DNA of 64,000 nt. It comes from Planctomycetota bacterium (GTDB lineage: Bacteria; Planctomycetota; B15-G4). Each line of letters starts with the position of its first letter. The first letter of the stretch is position 1. The stretch is taken from NCBI GenBank assembly GCA_038212275.1, contig JBBQUR010000001.1, positions 288,001 to 352,000 on the forward strand, in the 5' to 3' direction. The position numbers and the translations under genes are program-made. Below the pieces are notes generated by a model. That model had not been told where the DNA came from. It saw nothing but the letters and a program-made list of their open reading frames with translations, and made no database searches. Shown here piece after piece: positions 17,129 to 26,371 of this stretch.

Positions 17129-19462
17129 ATGACCAAGCCCCGTTGGATCGATGCGGGAGCTTTCCGCACGCTTCGTACCGCGACCCGGAATCACAAGCTG
17201 GCCGTCATCGTGGGGCCGCGCCACGGCAGTGCGAGCATCTCGTCGCGGGCGGCGCTGAAAGCCGCGCTGGGCGACGGCGATCGCGCCACGCTGGCGGACG
17301 ATGCGCGCTTCAAGAGCGCTCCGGACGCGGGCCTCACGGCGCTCTACGCGTTGAAGCTGCCGGGCATCGTGACCACCTCGATCAGTGATGCGGTGCTGGC
17401 CTCAGCGCCCGAGGGCGTCGAGAAGCCGCGCGTCTTCGGCCCGGAGACCAAGGGCCTCAACAGCGCCTGGGAGCGCAAGGATGCCTTCGTGGTGCGCCTG
17501 TGCGGCGCAGCCGCCGAGCCGACTTCGCTGGTGCTCACCAACAAGGATCGCAAGCCGCTGGTCGTTCCCGACAGCCGCTACCAGAACTTCCTGCGCACCA
17601 CCTTCGGTCGCACGGTGCTCTTCTCGGGCTTCGACCTCGGCGACCCGGACCTCATCGAGGTGCTCGAGGACGTCAGCCGCGGATTCAACGGCCACGTGCC
17701 GCCGAACATGGCGCTCGTCCCGGCCGGCAGCACCGATCCGAGCACCGCGCTGCGCGCGTCCATGCACTACGGCACTGCGCTGGTCGAGTATCCGCCGGAG
17801 CTGTCCGCCGAGGCCGCGCTGGCCGAGGTGGCCACGCTGCTCGAGGAACTCGAGGTGCCCAAGCCGGCGTCCGGCAATCCGCCGCGCGGCTTCACGGAAT
17901 TGACGGCCGACTATCGCAAGGCCGTGCCTGCCGCCGACGCGGCCGGCCTCGACCTGTTCGATCGCGGCGACAGCTCGACCTGGCAGTCCATCAAGGCCGG
18001 CGCCGACGCCGCGCGCACGGTGGCGGCGCAGATCCAGGACTTCCTCGTGGGCGCGGTCGAGCCGGGCCAGACGCGCATCGCTCTGGTGCGCGGCCGCAAG
18101 GGCGAAGGCAAGAGCACGCTGCTGCGTCGCATCGGCTGGAACCTCAGCGACGCGGGACGCCGCGTCTTCTGGCGCGAGTTCGGCGCGGGCGTGCCCGACA
18201 GGTACATCCCGCAGGAAGACGAGGACGCGATCGCCATCTTCGTCGCCGACGATGCGGATCAGCTCGACAACCTGCCGTCGCTCGTGAACTACCTCGCGGC
18301 GCACGGCGGCGGCAAGGCCCGCTTCCTCCTCGCTTCCGAGGGCGATGACTGGGATCGTTCGGGCCTCGACCATCGCATCCGGCGCACCACGACCATCCTC
18401 GACGTGACCCTGGCCTGCCCCGAGCCAGGCGAGGCGAAGGCGATCGCGGAAGGCCTGCGTGCACGTGGTCACCTTGCGAAGGACCTGCAGCCGGAGGCGG
18501 CCGCCGAAGCCATCATCACGGCCGATCGTTGCCTCATGGATCGCATCGCGGAGGCGCGCGGCGTCGGCAGCGTCGCGGCTGCCGTCGGTGCGCGGATCTC
18601 CGCCCTTGAGACCAAGCCGGACGCGGAGCTCCTGCGTCGCGCCTACCTGGCCACCGCGCTCGTGCATCGCTACGGCATGTCGCTCGCTCGCGGCCATCTG
18701 GCGGCCGTGCTGGGGATTCCCGAGTCGGAGCTCGAGTCGCGCGTGCTGACGCCGCTCGACAAGAGCCTCGTGCCCGCGGGCGCCAGCTCGGTGCGGACGC
18801 GGCATCCGGTGGTCGCGGCTGCGGCGTGCCAGGTGCTCTCGCCCAGCGACGAAGAGCGGGACGCCATGGTCCTTGCCCTGCTCAACACTCTCCCCGGGGG
18901 CAGTGTCTCGGACGAGACCGTGTTCCACCGGCCCTCGGAGCTGATCCGCGCGCTGCGACATGGCCCGCTCGCGCCGCTCATGCTCGACAAGTTCTTCGAG
19001 TCGGGCAGCAATGCCGCCGACAACGACGTGCTCTTCTGGTTCGACCGAGGCCGCTTTGACGTGGGATTCTCGCGCTGGGAGCCGGCGCTCGAGGCCTTCG
19101 ACAAGGCGATGTGGAAGCAGCCCGGCGACACGCTCGAGCGCGAGCACAACGCCGCGGTGCAAGGCTATCGTGCGCGCTGCCTGCTCTCGCTGCACCGCAA
19201 GAAGGAAGCCGCGGCCGCCGTTTACGAAGGCCTGCAGCTCTCGCCGCGCGACGGCGTGCTGCAGCGGCTCGAGGAAAAGGTGGCGCCACGCCGCCGGCCG
19301 GGTCCGGGCCCGCGTGGCCCGCGCCAGGACGGTGGCGGCGGTGGCGGTGGCGGCGGCGAACAGCGCCGAGGCCCCCGCGAAGGGCGTCCGCCGCGCGGTG
19401 AGCAGCCGGGCGCAGCGCAGCGCGGCCCGACGTCCGGCGCGACCCAGCAGCCGAGCACCTGA
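17129..19462 (+). CDS. SIR2-like domain + STAND-type P-loop NTPase + TPR protein
   Basis: N-terminal IVTT..D, VRLCG and LFSGFDLGDPD (SIR2_2-like); Walker A GRKGEGKS; Walker B IFVADD; RTRHPVVA; C-terminal TPR-like helices and Gly/Arg tail. Confidence 0.72.
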   Translation: MTKPRWIDAGAFRTLRTATRNHKLAVIVGPRHGSASISSRAALKAALGDGDRATLADDARFKSAPDAGLTALYALKLPGIVTTSISDAVLASAPEGVEKPRVFGPETKGLNSAWERKDAFVVRLCGAAAEPTSLVLTNKDRKPLVVPDSRYQNFLRTTFGRTVLFSGFDLGDPDLIEVLEDVSRGFNGHVPPNMALVPAGSTDPSTALRASMHYGTALVEYPPELSAEAALAEVATLLEELEVPKPASGNPPRGFTELTADYRKAVPAADAAGLDLFDRGDSSTWQSIKAGADAARTVAAQIQDFLVGAVEPGQTRIALVRGRKGEGKSTLLRRIGWNLSDAGRRVFWREFGAGVPDRYIPQEDEDAIAIFVADDADQLDNLPSLVNYLAAHGGGKARFLLASEGDDWDRSGLDHRIRRTTTILDVTLACPEPGEAKAIAEGLRARGHLAKDLQPEAAAEAIITADRCLMDRIAEARGVGSVAAAVGARISALETKPDAELLRRAYLATALVHRYGMSLARGHLAAVLGIPESELESRVLTPLDKSLVPAGASSVRTRHPVVAAAACQVLSPSDEERDAMVLALLNTLPGGSVSDETVFHRPSELIRALRHGPLAPLMLDKFFESGSNAADNDVLFWFDRGRFDVGFSRWEPALEAFDKAMWKQPGDTLEREHNAAVQGYRARCLLSLHRKKEAAAAVYEGLQLSPRDGVLQRLEEKVAPRRRPGPGPRGPRQDGGGGGGGGGEQRRGPREGRPPRGEQPGAAQRGPTSGATQQPST

Positions 19463-19478
19463 GCAGCCGAGCACGTGA
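19447..19478. repeat. 16-bp tandem duplication spanning the stop codon
   Basis: GCAGCCGAGCACCTGA followed by GCAGCCGAGCACGTGA. Confidence 0.8.
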
Positions 19479-19532
19479 GAGCGGACCACGGCCCGCTCTC
19501 GCGTGCGCCGCGTCACGGCGCGGCTGGACGAC

Positions 19533-19859
19533 TCACACCGAGAACGAACTGCCGCAGCCGCAGCTGCCGCTCGCGTTCGGGTTGTTGAACACGAAGCCGC
19601 GCTTCATGACGCTGTCGTTGAAGTCCACGACCGTGTTGTCGAGGTAGGGCAGGGCATCGCCGCTCAGCAGCACCTTGAGCCCGTGGAACTCCGCGACCTC
19701 GTCGTCGGGCTTGCGCTCGGCGTCGAATCCGATGACGTAGGAGAAGCCGCTGCAGCCGCCTCCGGAGACGCCGAGGCGCAGGCAGGTCGCGGCATCGAGT
19801 CCCTGGTCGGACATGATGCGGCGGACTTCGGCGACGGCCTTTTCGGTGACGGTGATCAT
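19533..19859 (-). CDS. A-type Fe-S carrier (HesB/IscA/ErpA family)
   Basis: GGGCSGFSY and NPNASGSCGCGSSF motifs. Confidence 0.95.
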   Translation of the reverse strand: MITVTEKAVAEVRRIMSDQGLDAATCLRLGVSGGGCSGFSYVIGFDAERKPDDEVAEFHGLKVLLSGDALPYLDNTVVDFNDSVMKRGFVFNNPNASGSCGCGSSFSV

Positions 19860-19919
19860 CGGTCGTGTTCCTGGGATCGGGTGGTCGCGCGGCGGCGAAC
19901 GATGGGCTGCGGTCCGCGG

Positions 19920-22900
19920 TCAGGCCAGCCGGGGCGGGGCCGCGGCAGTCGTCCCGGCATCATAGCCCGCGCGGGGGGGCTCGGCATGCCCGGGGACTCC
20001 CGGTGCGGCGGCCTGCTCGTCGCGACAGAGGTGGGCGAGCCAGCGGGCGGCCTGCTTCTCGAGCACGCTGTTGGTGGCGAGCCGCTCGTGCAGATTGCCG
20101 AAGTCCACCGCATCCAGCAGTTGGTCCTGGTTGAAGCACGAGAACACCGGCTCGACGGGCTTGCCCGTGACCGGGTCCACGTGGCGCTGCAGGCACTGCG
20201 CGCAGACCTCCTTGAGCATGCACTGCATGGGCGAGTTGATGCTGCCGATGGCTACGTGCGGACCGAGGTATGCGGCGAGGCGTTCGCGTCGCGCGTCCTT
20301 GACCGCGCGCATCATGCCGTCGCTGCCGATGACGATGAGTCGCGTGACGTCTCGCAGCGCGATCGGATTGCCCGGGAAGCGGCCGCTGCCCGCCGCCTCC
20401 ATCGCGTCGACGATGTTCCCGCGGAAGAAGTGGTCCGACGGCCGGTTCACCGTGATGTCGGGGCCCGCGTCGCAGCACCAGACCACCACGTCGGTGGCGC
20501 TCTCGATCTGGTTGCGCATGAAGACGTCGCCGGAGTTGCGATAGCCCGCGAAGTACAGCACGCGGTTGCCGGCCGACTTCAGTGCGGCGGCGATGGAGAA
20601 GAGCACGGCATTGCCGAGGCCGCCGCCCACGAGCGCGACGGTTTCACCGTGCGGAATCTCCGTCGGCGCCCCCGTGGGGCCCATGACCACGATGCGCTCA
20701 CCGGGCACGAGTCGCGCGCACAGGTTGCTGCTGCCACCCATCTCGAGCACGATCATCGACAGCAATCCGGCGTCCCTGTCGACCCACGCGCCGGTGAGCG
20801 CCAGTCCTTCCATGACCAGCGGAACGCCATGCGCTCGAGGCGCGCTGGCCACGTAGTTCTGCAGCCGGAAGAACTGGCCGGGCTGGAAGTGGCGCGCGGC
20901 AAGGGGCGCGCGCACGACGACGTCGACGATGGTGGGCGTGAGGCGGTCCACGCGCACGACCACGGGGAGGAGCAGGTCGTCGAGCGTCGCGAGCAGTCCG
21001 GCGAGCGCCTTGCGACGCTTGTCCGCCCCTGCCGGTTCCAGTGCCGCGAGCTGTTCGCGGAAGAGCGCGACCACCGACGGATAGCCCTGCTTGGCGGAGG
21101 CCATCGCCTTCACCACGTTGCCTGCGAAGACCGGGTGGTTGTCGCCATAGAAGCTGACGCGACGGTCTCCGGCGCGGTAGCTGGTGAGAAAGGCGCCTGG
21201 CTGCTTGGCGCCGTCCATGTCGAAGCACTCGAAGAATCGGCCGCGTGCATCGATCGTGAAGGTGCCGGGGTGTTCCTTCTCGTAGATCGTGTTGGGTTGC
21301 GTGCCCGCCGCGATGAACATCGAGCGCGCGGGCAGCGTCAGCGTTTCGCCCGTGCTGCGCCACCGACCCCTGTCGTCGCGCGCATGCCTGTCGAGGACGA
21401 CGGCTTTCAGCGCGTCGTGCCGGTCGTCGATGGCCGACAGCGGCGACACGCCTTCGAGGAAGGCGATTCCCTCCTCGAGCGCCTTGATGACCTCCTCGTG
21501 GTTGAGGCGATACGCGGGGCATTCGTCCAGCCCTTTTCGGTAGCAGATGGTGACGCCGCCCCAGTCGCGGAGCAGCCTCACGAAGTCGGGCGGACGATTC
21601 TCGCTCGCGGCCGCGACTCGCTCCTCGCGCAGCGCACGCGCATGGTCGAGGAAACGCGCGTGAATCTCGCGCTCCGGGCCGGACAGCCGCGACAGCACCT
21701 CGCTCTGGTCGCCGTGCGCCACTAGTTCCTCGTGGCGCGCCAGCACGCGTTCAACCTGCACCGGGTAGTAGGCGAGCAGCTCCGTGGCCGTGTCGATCGC
21801 CGTGAGGCCGCCGCCGACCACGAGTGCGGGCAGCTCCACCTGGAGATTGGCGAGCGCGTCCCGCTGGAAGGCTCCCGAGAGCTGCAGGCTCATCAGGAAA
21901 TCCGATGCCTTGCGGATGCCGCGCGTCAGGTTGTTCTGCATGTCGATGACGGTGGGCCGGCCCGCACCGGTGGCCATGGCCACGTGGTGGAAGCCGAGCT
22001 GCCAGCAATCCTCGAGCGTGAGCGTGCCGCCGAAGCGAACGCCGCCGTAACAGCGGAAACCCCGGCGTCGCTCCAGCGTGAGCTGGATGAGCCGGAGGAA
22101 ATTCTTGTCCCAGCGCACGGTGATGCCGTACTCGGAGACGCCTCCGAAGCCGGACGGCACGCGCTCGTCGAGGGGCACGGTGAGCGCCGACCAGTCGCGC
22201 ACGGCGGGAGGCGTGCCGCCCGCGCTGCCGACGAGCGACTCCGGCAGCGGCTCGATCTTCAGGCCATCCACTCCGACGACGGCGAAGCCCTCGTTGAGCA
22301 GGTAGTGCGCCAGCGTGTATCCGGCCGGCCCTTGCCCGACGACGAGCACGTTGAGCCCGTTGTAGGGCAGCGCGTGCGGGCGCTTGCGGTTGAGCGGATT
22401 CCAGCGCGTGAGCAGCCCGTAGACCTCGACGCCCCACGGCATGTCCAGGACGTCGGTCAGCGTGCCGGTCTCGATGCGCGGGATGTCCACCGGCTCCTGC
22501 TGCTGAAAGATGCAGGCCTTCATGCAGTCGTTGCAGATGCGGTGGCCCGTGCCCGGACACATCGGGTTGTCGATGATGACGAGCGCGAGCGAACCGATCG
22601 GGTCGCCTTCGTCGGCGAGTTCATGCGCCTCGGAGATGCGCTCATCGAGCGGGCAGCCGCCAAGCGGAATCCCCAGCGGGTTGGCGCGCTCCTTGCCCTG
22701 CTTGTCGAGGAGTCCCTTGCTGCAGCTGTCCACACCGCGCTCGTGGCAGATCAGGCACGTGTCGAGCTGGCCGAGGCGGTCGGCCAGCGTGCCGCGATCG
22801 TCCGTGAGCGCGAATCCGTCGCGATGGCGCAGCGTGGCGTGCGGGCCGATCACCGCGCCGGGCGCCACGTCGGGTGCCGGCACGGTGGGGACCAGCCGGT

Positions 22901-23489
22901 TGAAGTCGAGCTTGTGCTGCAGGTGCAGCGACGGCCAGTCGCGATGCCGGTGCTCGCGCAGGCATGCCGCGGCCCAGCGCTCGGCAAGCATCAGCAGCGC
23001 GTCGTCGGGGGAGGCATCCGGCGCATCGAGACGGCCGAGGACGGCATCGGCCACCGTCTGTTCGTCCAGGGATCGACCGAGGGTTGCCTGCAGTTCGGCT
23101 TCGAGCAGAACGGCGGTGTCTGCGGGTCCTTCGGCCGGTTGCCCGGCGCGGCGCGCCGCACGGGTCTTCACGAATCGCTTGCGGAAGTCGAAGCGCCGCT
23201 GCTGGCGCGTGATGCGCTCCTTGTGAGCCGCGGCCGGCGCCTCCAGGCAGAACAGGCGGACGATGAACGCGGAGACGTGACGACCGAGCGCCACAAGCAG
23301 CTCCGCCTCCGCCTTGGCAGGCAGGGCCTCGCCCGCGAGCCACGCCTCGTAACGCGAGGCCAGGGATGCGTCCGCCAGCGCCAGTTCTGCCCGGAAGGCC
23401 GCGAAGAGCCGGGCCAGTCCTTCGGGCTCATGCAGGTCGGCCGGTTGGAAGCCGGCAAATCCCAGGCGCAGGACGGTCGGTGCGGTCAC
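19920..23489 (-). CDS. Large Fe-S flavoprotein: GltD/NfnB-like FAD oxidoreductase fused to a PyrK/NfnA-like FAD-[2Fe-2S] module
   Basis: Cys clusters CLICH..CS..GCP and CPGTGHRICNDCMKAC; GQGPAG and GGGLTAID dinucleotide folds; PGQFFRL, MGPTG, GGGLG and SPMQCMLKEVCAQC in the C-terminal part. Confidence 0.85.
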   Translation of the reverse strand: MTAPTVLRLGFAGFQPADLHEPEGLARLFAAFRAELALADASLASRYEAWLAGEALPAKAEAELLVALGRHVSAFIVRLFCLEAPAAAHKERITRQQRRFDFRKRFVKTRAARRAGQPAEGPADTAVLLEAELQATLGRSLDEQTVADAVLGRLDAPDASPDDALLMLAERWAAACLREHRHRDWPSLHLQHKLDFNRLVPTVPAPDVAPGAVIGPHATLRHRDGFALTDDRGTLADRLGQLDTCLICHERGVDSCSKGLLDKQGKERANPLGIPLGGCPLDERISEAHELADEGDPIGSLALVIIDNPMCPGTGHRICNDCMKACIFQQQEPVDIPRIETGTLTDVLDMPWGVEVYGLLTRWNPLNRKRPHALPYNGLNVLVVGQGPAGYTLAHYLLNEGFAVVGVDGLKIEPLPESLVGSAGGTPPAVRDWSALTVPLDERVPSGFGGVSEYGITVRWDKNFLRLIQLTLERRRGFRCYGGVRFGGTLTLEDCWQLGFHHVAMATGAGRPTVIDMQNNLTRGIRKASDFLMSLQLSGAFQRDALANLQVELPALVVGGGLTAIDTATELLAYYPVQVERVLARHEELVAHGDQSEVLSRLSGPEREIHARFLDHARALREERVAAASENRPPDFVRLLRDWGGVTICYRKGLDECPAYRLNHEEVIKALEEGIAFLEGVSPLSAIDDRHDALKAVVLDRHARDDRGRWRSTGETLTLPARSMFIAAGTQPNTIYEKEHPGTFTIDARGRFFECFDMDGAKQPGAFLTSYRAGDRRVSFYGDNHPVFAGNVVKAMASAKQGYPSVVALFREQLAALEPAGADKRRKALAGLLATLDDLLLPVVVRVDRLTPTIVDVVVRAPLAARHFQPGQFFRLQNYVASAPRAHGVPLVMEGLALTGAWVDRDAGLLSMIVLEMGGSSNLCARLVPGERIVVMGPTGAPTEIPHGETVALVGGGLGNAVLFSIAAALKSAGNRVLYFAGYRNSGDVFMRNQIESATDVVVWCCDAGPDITVNRPSDHFFRGNIVDAMEAAGSGRFPGNPIALRDVTRLIVIGSDGMMRAVKDARRERLAAYLGPHVAIGSINSPMQCMLKEVCAQCLQRHVDPVTGKPVEPVFSCFNQDQLLDAVDFGNLHERLATNSVLEKQAARWLAHLCRDEQAAAPGVPGHAEPPRAGYDAGTTAAAPPRLA

Positions 23490-23813
23490 GGGCTGCGGCT
23501 CCCTCGTTGCTCGGGTCCCGAAGCTGCCGGGCGCCGATCAAAGCTGTCGATTCTAGCCGAAGCGGCGGCCCCGGCGCCCCGGTTCGGGAGACGGTCCTGG
23601 CGAAGACAGCGCTCCGGTCAAGGCTGCGTGGGGAGGCGCATGGGTTCCCCGGGGGCCACGGACGCGCCGCGCCGCGACGCACCCGCACCGGAGGCGAGCA
23701 GAGGCTGGAGCGACGACGATCCTCGGAGCGCCAGAAGCGGTTCATGCCTCGGGCGCGAGCCGCCTGGGCTAGCCCGCAGGAGATCACCGGCTCACCGTCC
23801 CGTCTCCTGACCG

Positions 23814-23830
23814 GCCCCGCACGGCGGGGC
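23814..23830. terminator. GC-rich hairpin downstream of a small minus-strand gene (possible terminator, no U-tract)
   Basis: GCCCCGC-ACG-GCGGGGC perfect 7-bp stem. Confidence 0.3.
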
Positions 23831-23848
23831 GCGGAGATCGGGACCCGT

Positions 23849-24058
23849 CTAGCGGCGCCAGACCTTGGCGACCTCGCTGGCCTCGAAGCGGCGCTGAGTC
23901 TCGCTGGCCGGATCGATGATGACGCCTCGCTGCTGGACGGGGTTGTAGAGCATTCCGCCGCGGATGATTTCGCCATCCTTGAAGTAGAGCGTGGCGACGT
24001 CGCCGGCGTGGAGGCTCTCAAGCTTGGCGCAGAGTTCGAGGGTCGTCATGGCGGGCAT
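23849..24058 (-). CDS. Small hypothetical protein (beta-rich, about 66-69 aa)
   Basis: Host-like codon usage, CAGGA upstream; sequence VATLYFKDGEIIRGGMLYN suggests a small beta-barrel. Confidence 0.6.
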   Translation of the reverse strand: MPAMTTLELCAKLESLHAGDVATLYFKDGEIIRGGMLYNPVQQRGVIIDPASETQRRFEASEVAKVWRR

Positions 24059-24297
24059 TCGTCCTGTGTAGGCGTTCGGTCCTTGCTGCATTGGAAACCG
24101 CACACTTACGGAGATCACCTCTCAAGCGTTGCAGCACACCTGAGCGGCTGTCGTGTATCGAGTGATCGACACTTTCCGGGCACCCGACAAGCGGGCGATC
24201 GTACCAGCACACCGGCGAGTTGAATACGGTCGGACCTTCACGCCAGCTTGTTGACGCGAACGTTCAGGGGCTGAGGAAACCGTGTTGAGAACTGGTG

Positions 24298-24322
24298 CAA
24301 GTCAGCCACCCCGCATGACTTG
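24298..24322. promoter_or_regulatory. Palindromic protein-binding-site candidate CAAGTCA-N11-TGACTTG
   Basis: Perfect 7-bp inverted repeat in a lower-GC divergent intergenic region. Confidence 0.4.
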
Positions 24323-24464
24323 AGGACACTGGGGTCTCGCTGAATGGCCTGCCGCCCATGTAAGCAATCGGTCCGTGTGATCATGCCGAGGGCTCGCACG
24401 GGATCCGCCGCGGTGCCTCGAGACGCCTTGCAGCGGCGCCGTGCGGCCGGGGATAACGGCTGCC

Positions 24465-24956
24465 ATGACCCCAAGTCCAGGCCAGATCTTTGAACTGACT
24501 CGACGCGTCGAGTTCTCCGCGGCGCACCGGCTTCACAACCCGGCCTTCAGCGACGAGCGGAATCGCCTGATCTTCGGCGTGTGCAACAACCCGCACGGGC
24601 ACGGCCACAACTACGTGCTCGACGTCACCGTGCGCGGCGTGGCGGACCCGGAGACTGGCATGGTCATGGACCTCAACCGGCTCATGGTGCTGCTGCACGA
24701 GCAGGTTTTCGCCGAACTGGACCACCGTCACCTCGATCATGACGTGCCGTGGCTTGCCGGTCGGGTGAGCACGGCGGAGCACGTGGCTGCCGCGATCTGG
24801 GATCGCCTCGCCTTGCCGCTCGCGGGCAGGCTCTTCCGCCTGAGGCTCTACGAGTCGGCCATGAACTACGTGGACTACTTCGGGCCGTCCGCCGGCCAGC
24901 GCTCGAGCGGCGATCCGGCGGGTGCGGCCGGGACGTCGTCGTCCTCGCCGACGTAG
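24465..24956 (+). CDS. 6-pyruvoyl-tetrahydropterin synthase/QueD family protein
   Basis: FSAAHRLH, CNNPHGHGHNY, GMVMD, LDHRHL, STAEH and LYES motifs. Confidence 0.9.
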   Translation: MTPSPGQIFELTRRVEFSAAHRLHNPAFSDERNRLIFGVCNNPHGHGHNYVLDVTVRGVADPETGMVMDLNRLMVLLHEQVFAELDHRHLDHDVPWLAGRVSTAEHVAAAIWDRLALPLAGRLFRLRLYESAMNYVDYFGPSAGQRSSGDPAGAAGTSSSSPT

Positions 24957-26371
24957 TTCAACTGCAGCAACTGCTGCCGCGTGGCCTCATCGATGACGAC
25001 GTTGCCGCCGGCATCACCTGCATCGAGACGCGCCCTGAGCGAGAAGATCTCGGCGAGCTGACGATACAGCGCCGCGTCGGCATCGCCTGCGAAGGGAGCA
25101 TCCCGGCCCAGGTCGTGACGCTCGGCGGCATCGGCGCGCAGGTCGTACTCCTCCAGCGTGCGCGGTTCGCCGCGGAAGATCGTCGCGCTGGAAGGAGTGC
25201 GCAGAGTGGCCATGTACTCGTTCGGGAACATCGTCCGCTCGGCGAGGATCGGCTGGTCCGTCGTGCGCCCGGACGCGAGCGATGCGATCAACGAGTGTCC
25301 GGTCATCGTGTCCGGTCCGGGGATGCCCAGCAGTTCGAGCAGCGTGGGCATGACGTCGAGCAGGCTGGCCTGGCCGGCGACGCGCGTGCCGCCCAGCCGC
25401 CCTCCCGGCAGATGCACGATGAGCGGCACGTGCAGGTGCTCGCGATAGAGCTGGTCGTGCTCGTAGTGCCCGTGCTCCGCAAACTCCTCACCGTGATCCG
25501 AGAGCACGATGACGATCATCCGGTCGAACACGCCGAGCATCCGCAGCGCGCCGAAGAGCCGGCCGATCTGCGCGTCCGTGTAGGCCACTTCACCGTCGTA
25601 GAGATCCGACAGATAGGCAGTGTCTTCGGGCCCGAACCGGTCCACGTCGGCCCAGAAGCTGCTGAACATCGCGCCCCATTGCTCCTGGAAGGGACGGTCC
25701 TCGATCGCCAGGACGCTTCGGCCCACGAGCCCGCGCGGTTCAGGTGCGAACCGGTCGCGGTATTCCTTCGGCGGCAGGTAGGGGCCGTGCACCTGATAGG
25801 TATGCATGAAGAGGAACATCGGCTCCGGCTGCGCGAGACCCGCTTCGGCAGCCGCGAGCGTCCGGTCCACGATGACCGAGATGTCCTCGGTCTCGGACCT
25901 GAACCGGGACTCGAAGCCGCGATCGAAGCCCATGGCGCCGAGCAGGTTTGCGCCGCAGGCGACGCCGGCATTCCAGTATCCGGCTCGTTTCAGGACCTGC
26001 GGAAAGGTCAGGCGGTTGTGGCCCAGCTGATGGACGGGCAGCTTCAGCCGCGCTGAGGCATTGCTCACGCCGTGAGCCGACACCGGCAGCGACGTGAACA
26101 GGCTCATGTGCGACTCGGCCGTCTTGCAGGACGTCGAGTACACCTCGTCGAACACCACGCTCTCGCCGGCGAACTCGTCGAGGTTCGGAGACGTGCCGCG
26201 GGTGTAGCCGTAACAGCCGAGGCGGTCCGCACGCAGCGTGTCGATCGAGATCAGCAGCACGGGCGCGCCCGGAAAGACGAGCGGAGCTTCGACCGGTGCT
26301 CCGTCCCCGCAGGCCGTCAGCAGGAGCGTGGCCAGCCAGAGTCCGGCGAGGCACGCCGGCATGCGCTTCAT
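24875..26371 (-). CDS. Sulfatase-like (alkaline phosphatase superfamily) lipoprotein
   Basis: Lipobox LTAC; LISIDTLRAD, KTAESHMSLFT, VHGPY, YDGEVAYTD and SDHGEEFAEHG motifs. Confidence 0.88.
   Translation of the reverse strand: MKRMPACLAGLWLATLLLTACGDGAPVEAPLVFPGAPVLLISIDTLRADRLGCYGYTRGTSPNLDEFAGESVVFDEVYSTSCKTAESHMSLFTSLPVSAHGVSNASARLKLPVHQLGHNRLTFPQVLKRAGYWNAGVACGANLLGAMGFDRGFESRFRSETEDISVIVDRTLAAAEAGLAQPEPMFLFMHTYQVHGPYLPPKEYRDRFAPEPRGLVGRSVLAIEDRPFQEQWGAMFSSFWADVDRFGPEDTAYLSDLYDGEVAYTDAQIGRLFGALRMLGVFDRMIVIVLSDHGEEFAEHGHYEHDQLYREHLHVPLIVHLPGGRLGGTRVAGQASLLDVMPTLLELLGIPGPDTMTGHSLIASLASGRTTDQPILAERTMFPNEYMATLRTPSSATIFRGEPRTLEEYDLRADAAERHDLGRDAPFAGDADAALYRQLAEIFSLRARLDAGDAGGNVVIDEATRQQLLQLNYVGEDDDVPAAPAGSPLERWPADGPK

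Noticed and set aside
22740..22760. CLICH in the large flavoprotein as a heme c site
   Set aside because: The protein has no signal peptide, and the motif lies in the GltD-type N-terminal Fe-S cysteine cluster.
24060..24464. preQ1 riboswitch or tRNA (including tRNA-Sec) upstream of the PTPS/QueD gene
   Set aside because: No recognisable preQ1 stem with A-rich tail and no cloverleaf or T-loop seen by eye; an Infernal scan would be needed to exclude it fully.
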